Assembly: GCA_947445035.1 (NCBI GenBank)
Contig: CANFCK010000011.1
Span: forward strand, 81,567 to 145,566
Source: Deltaproteobacteria bacterium
Lineage (GTDB): Bacteria > Myxococcota_A > UBA796 > SXON01
DNA length: 64,000 bases
Direction of reading: 5' to 3'
The notes under the pieces are model-generated. The model did not search any database. It was not told the origin of the DNA and was given only the letters and a program-made list of their open reading frames with translations. The position numbers and the translations under genes were made by a program. Positions 61,688 through 64,000 of the stretch are shown in pieces; position 1 is the stretch's first letter, and each line of letters opens with the position of its first letter.

Positions 61688-63679
61688 ATGCGCAGCGGCG
61701 ACACCGTGCGGGACGGGCAGGGCAACGCGTATCAGGTAGGGCAGTTGCTCGGGCACGGGCTGTGGGGGAAGTGCTTCGTCGCCCGCCGCGAGGTGACGGA
61801 CCAGCTCTTTGTGCTGAAGGTCCCGTTGACGCCCGACGACATTCGCGGCGAAGGTGGTGCTCCAGAAGCATTTTTCGTCGCGTGTCGGGACGCGCTGATG
61901 GAAGAAGCCCGGCTCTACGAGCAGGGGCAGGTGCCGTTCCTTCCGCGGCTCGAAGCGCGGTTCACCGGGCCTGACGGCCAGCCCGCGATGTTGCTGCCCC
62001 GACTGGCCGAGTCGCTTGAACGCCGCATCCTGGACGGCCTCGGCGTCGGTCCCCTGGTCGATGCCCTGTTGGCGGTGGCGAAGCTGGTCCGACAGTTGGC
62101 GGGCGCCGGCGTCGCGGGTGCGGCCGTGCATGGTGGTCTGCGAACCACGAACATCCTCTACTCGGACAGCGGCGAACTTTTTCTTACTGATGTCGCGACA
62201 CCAGCCGCACGACGGAACGTGGCAGCCTTCGCCAATCAGGCGCCTTTGGGGCCGTGCTGGCTTCCGCCCGAAGTGGTGGGGGTCGGCGGCGGCGGGGACG
62301 GCACGTGGTCGGCGGGGGTGGACACCTGGGCGTTGGCGATGATCCTGTGGCGGGGCATCGTCGGTCCGGAAGCGCCGATCGCGTGGCCTTCCCGGGGCCT
62401 GGACAAGGCGTCGGTCGGGGCGGTCAAAGACAAGCTCATCCAGCGGATGAAGGCGGAGGACAGCAATCCTCGCTTCCATGGCCGGCTGGCCGAGCGGGTG
62501 GGCGTGCTTCTGTCTCGCGCATTGTCGTTGGAAGTGGCGCCCTCTCCGCCGTACCGCTTCTCGCGTCTGGACGAGTTTGTGCAGCGGCTGGAAGAGGTGG
62601 CGGCGCTCATCCGGCCGCAGGTCACAAGCGTGGGGAAGGTTCTCCACGATCGGCCGGCCGCGCGCCCGTTCTTCGCGACGGATGAGGCGGTCAGCTTCTC
62701 GGTCACCGTAGGCGTCACCGCCGGGGTCGAAGGGCGCGAGGAGATCGGCGTCGGCATCGCGGTGTTCGATCTGGCGCGCGATTCCCGGGTCAAGGACTTG
62801 GACCTCGGGTACACCGTCGACAAACATCCGTCCGGGCGGTATCGCTTTGCGTTCCGGATCAATGGGCTGGGCCCGGGTCCGTACCGGGCGAGGGTCGCCT
62901 TTGCCATCCGGGACAGCGGCCAGGCACCCTCCACCGCCGAGTCCGAGTTCGAGATTCGTGCGGCGCCCGGCTGGGTGCCGCCGGCCGAGGCGCCGCAAGC
63001 CGCGCAGCCGCTGGCCTTCGCGCGTGAGCAGACTGGGGTCACCACGCCGCGTCTGGAGCCGCCGAGCGCCGCGGACACGCCCGTCGCGGTGGTCAACCCG
63101 CCGGCGGCCGATGCCCCCTTGCCTGCGCCCGCGTCACTTTCCGCGGCGGCGCTCACGCCTACGTCCACGCTGCCCCCGCCCGCGCGTTCCAAAGTGTGGG
63201 AAGCGCGCCAACCGCCGCCGCCCGACATCGGCCTCCGACCTCTTCGTGGGCACGTCTCTCCGCCGCCGATCGATCCCGAGCCCACCCCGATTCACCGCCC
63301 TCGCCCGCTTTTGCCTGCGTCAGCGGCGCTGCCCCCCACGGCCGAGCCCGAAAAAGCCCGTCCGGCAACGCCTGCGGCCATCGCCTCGCCGCTGCCGCCG
63401 ACACCGGCCGCGATGGGGGGGCCGGGCGCACTGGATGAGCCCGCTTTCGAGGCCCCCCGCAGTTGGACGTACGAGCCGATCCCACGCGGAAAGCAGTCCT
63501 CGGCCTCTGCGGAGGATCCTCCTTCGCAGGTGGATGCCGGGGCCGAAGATGACGGCGAACCCTCGCCCATCGGTGCATTCTTCACGTCTGTCAAAAACGA
63601 CCCCTTTGTGTTGGTGATGAGCTCGCTCGGCGGGTTGATCCTCATTCTTCTCGTTCTGTTCCTCGCCCTTCGGAGTTAG
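61688..63679 (+). CDS. Tail-anchored kinase-fold protein lacking the HRD Asp (likely pseudokinase), with beta-sandwich and Pro-rich regions
   Basis: LGHGLWGKCFVA, FVLKVP, catalytic loop VHGGLRTTNILY, LTDVA, WLPPEV, DTWALAMILW. C-terminal TM helix LVMSSLGGLILILLVLFLAL. Confidence 0.65.
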   Translation: MRSGDTVRDGQGNAYQVGQLLGHGLWGKCFVARREVTDQLFVLKVPLTPDDIRGEGGAPEAFFVACRDALMEEARLYEQGQVPFLPRLEARFTGPDGQPAMLLPRLAESLERRILDGLGVGPLVDALLAVAKLVRQLAGAGVAGAAVHGGLRTTNILYSDSGELFLTDVATPAARRNVAAFANQAPLGPCWLPPEVVGVGGGGDGTWSAGVDTWALAMILWRGIVGPEAPIAWPSRGLDKASVGAVKDKLIQRMKAEDSNPRFHGRLAERVGVLLSRALSLEVAPSPPYRFSRLDEFVQRLEEVAALIRPQVTSVGKVLHDRPAARPFFATDEAVSFSVTVGVTAGVEGREEIGVGIAVFDLARDSRVKDLDLGYTVDKHPSGRYRFAFRINGLGPGPYRARVAFAIRDSGQAPSTAESEFEIRAAPGWVPPAEAPQAAQPLAFAREQTGVTTPRLEPPSAADTPVAVVNPPAADAPLPAPASLSAAALTPTSTLPPPARSKVWEARQPPPPDIGLRPLRGHVSPPPIDPEPTPIHRPRPLLPASAALPPTAEPEKARPATPAAIASPLPPTPAAMGGPGALDEPAFEAPRSWTYEPIPRGKQSSASAEDPPSQVDAGAEDDGEPSPIGAFFTSVKNDPFVLVMSSLGGLILILLVLFLALRS

Positions 63680-63686
63680 TTCTTCC

Positions 63687-64000
63687 ATGCGTATTTCGTT
63701 CTCTTCCGACCGCGCCTCGACCCAGGCGGTCGATGTCCTCACCGTCGTCGTTCCTCAGGGCAAGTTGGCCAGCGCCGTCGCGGATCTTGATGGTGCGGAT
63801 GGTTTTGGTGGCGCGCTCGCTGGCGCCGCGCGGGACGACACCTTTGAGGGCCGCTCGGGCACCACGTTCTGGACGCCCGCGCTGGGGCGCATTGCCGCTC
63901 GCCGCGTGGTTCTGGTCGGCGCAGGGACCGGAAGTGTCAGTGATGTCCGCGCTGCCGTGGGCTTGGCGGGGCGTCAGGCCCGTGACAAGGGCGCCAAGAG
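63687..64000 (+). CDS. pepA: Leucyl aminopeptidase (M17), N-terminal part, 3' partial
   Basis: MRISFSS..AVDVLTVVV......FEGRSGTT....LGRIAARRVVLVGAG pattern of the PepA N-terminal domain. Runs off the window. Confidence 0.7.
   Translation, partial: MRISFSSDRASTQAVDVLTVVVPQGKLASAVADLDGADGFGGALAGAARDDTFEGRSGTTFWTPALGRIAARRVVLVGAGTGSVSDVRAAVGLAGRQARDKGAK

Noticed and set aside
60716-62998. 760-aa minus-strand ORF spanning the GH3 5' end and the pseudokinase gene
   Set aside because: Extreme Arg/Pro content. It crosses a divergent intergenic spacer, and both overlapped genes have family motifs in other frames.
1-64000. Search for CRISPR arrays, rRNA, transposases, integrases, phage or toxin-antitoxin/defence modules
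   Set aside because: No regularly spaced direct repeats, no rRNA-like low-GC structured stretch, and no DDE/tyrosine-recombinase or phage-type motifs in any credible ORF. The only repeats are in-frame coding repeats and short simple-sequence tracts.

Overview
Very GC-rich, gene-dense chromosomal segment that looks like a Myxococcota-type (delta-proteobacterial) genome. The signs are FG-GAP/MopE-motif surface proteins with a MYXO-CTERM-like tail, many lipoproteins with acidic DTGD linkers, and several Ser/Thr kinases. I call about 51 protein-coding loci. I see no rRNA, tRNA, CRISPR array, transposase, integrase or phage genes. Many long antisense or off-frame ORFs in the track are Arg/Pro/Ser-rich GC artefacts and were rejected. 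Housekeeping content: ygiQ, a tightly coupled ftsH-like / membrane protein / folP / cdaA / cdaR / glmM string, pdxJ, nnr, purK, miaB, trpS, mpl, pepA (3' partial) and a sigma-70 family factor. Accessory content worth a second look: (1) three CotH atypical-kinase paralogs, each next to a different secreted or adenylating gene, one broken by a visible 5-bp tandem duplication; (2) a four-gene overlapping operon of class-III aminotransferase, LuxE-like acyl-adenylating enzyme, M19 dipeptidase and NTF2-like protein; (3) a minus-strand string of Ntn (penicillin-type) acylase, a 75-aa DT-repeat lipoprotein, an asymmetric heterodimeric ABC exporter and an ASST-like propeller; (4) an unusual number of apparently catalytically dead or decayed paralogs: an FtsH relic without a protease domain, a radical-SAM-like protein without the Cys triad, a C14 caspase-like protein with Cys->Asp, an HGG pseudokinase, a receiver-domain remnant broken at two simple-sequence repeats, and a truncated DBH/PHM-like monooxygenase remnant. 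All functional calls come from motif recognition by eye. None has been checked against a database.
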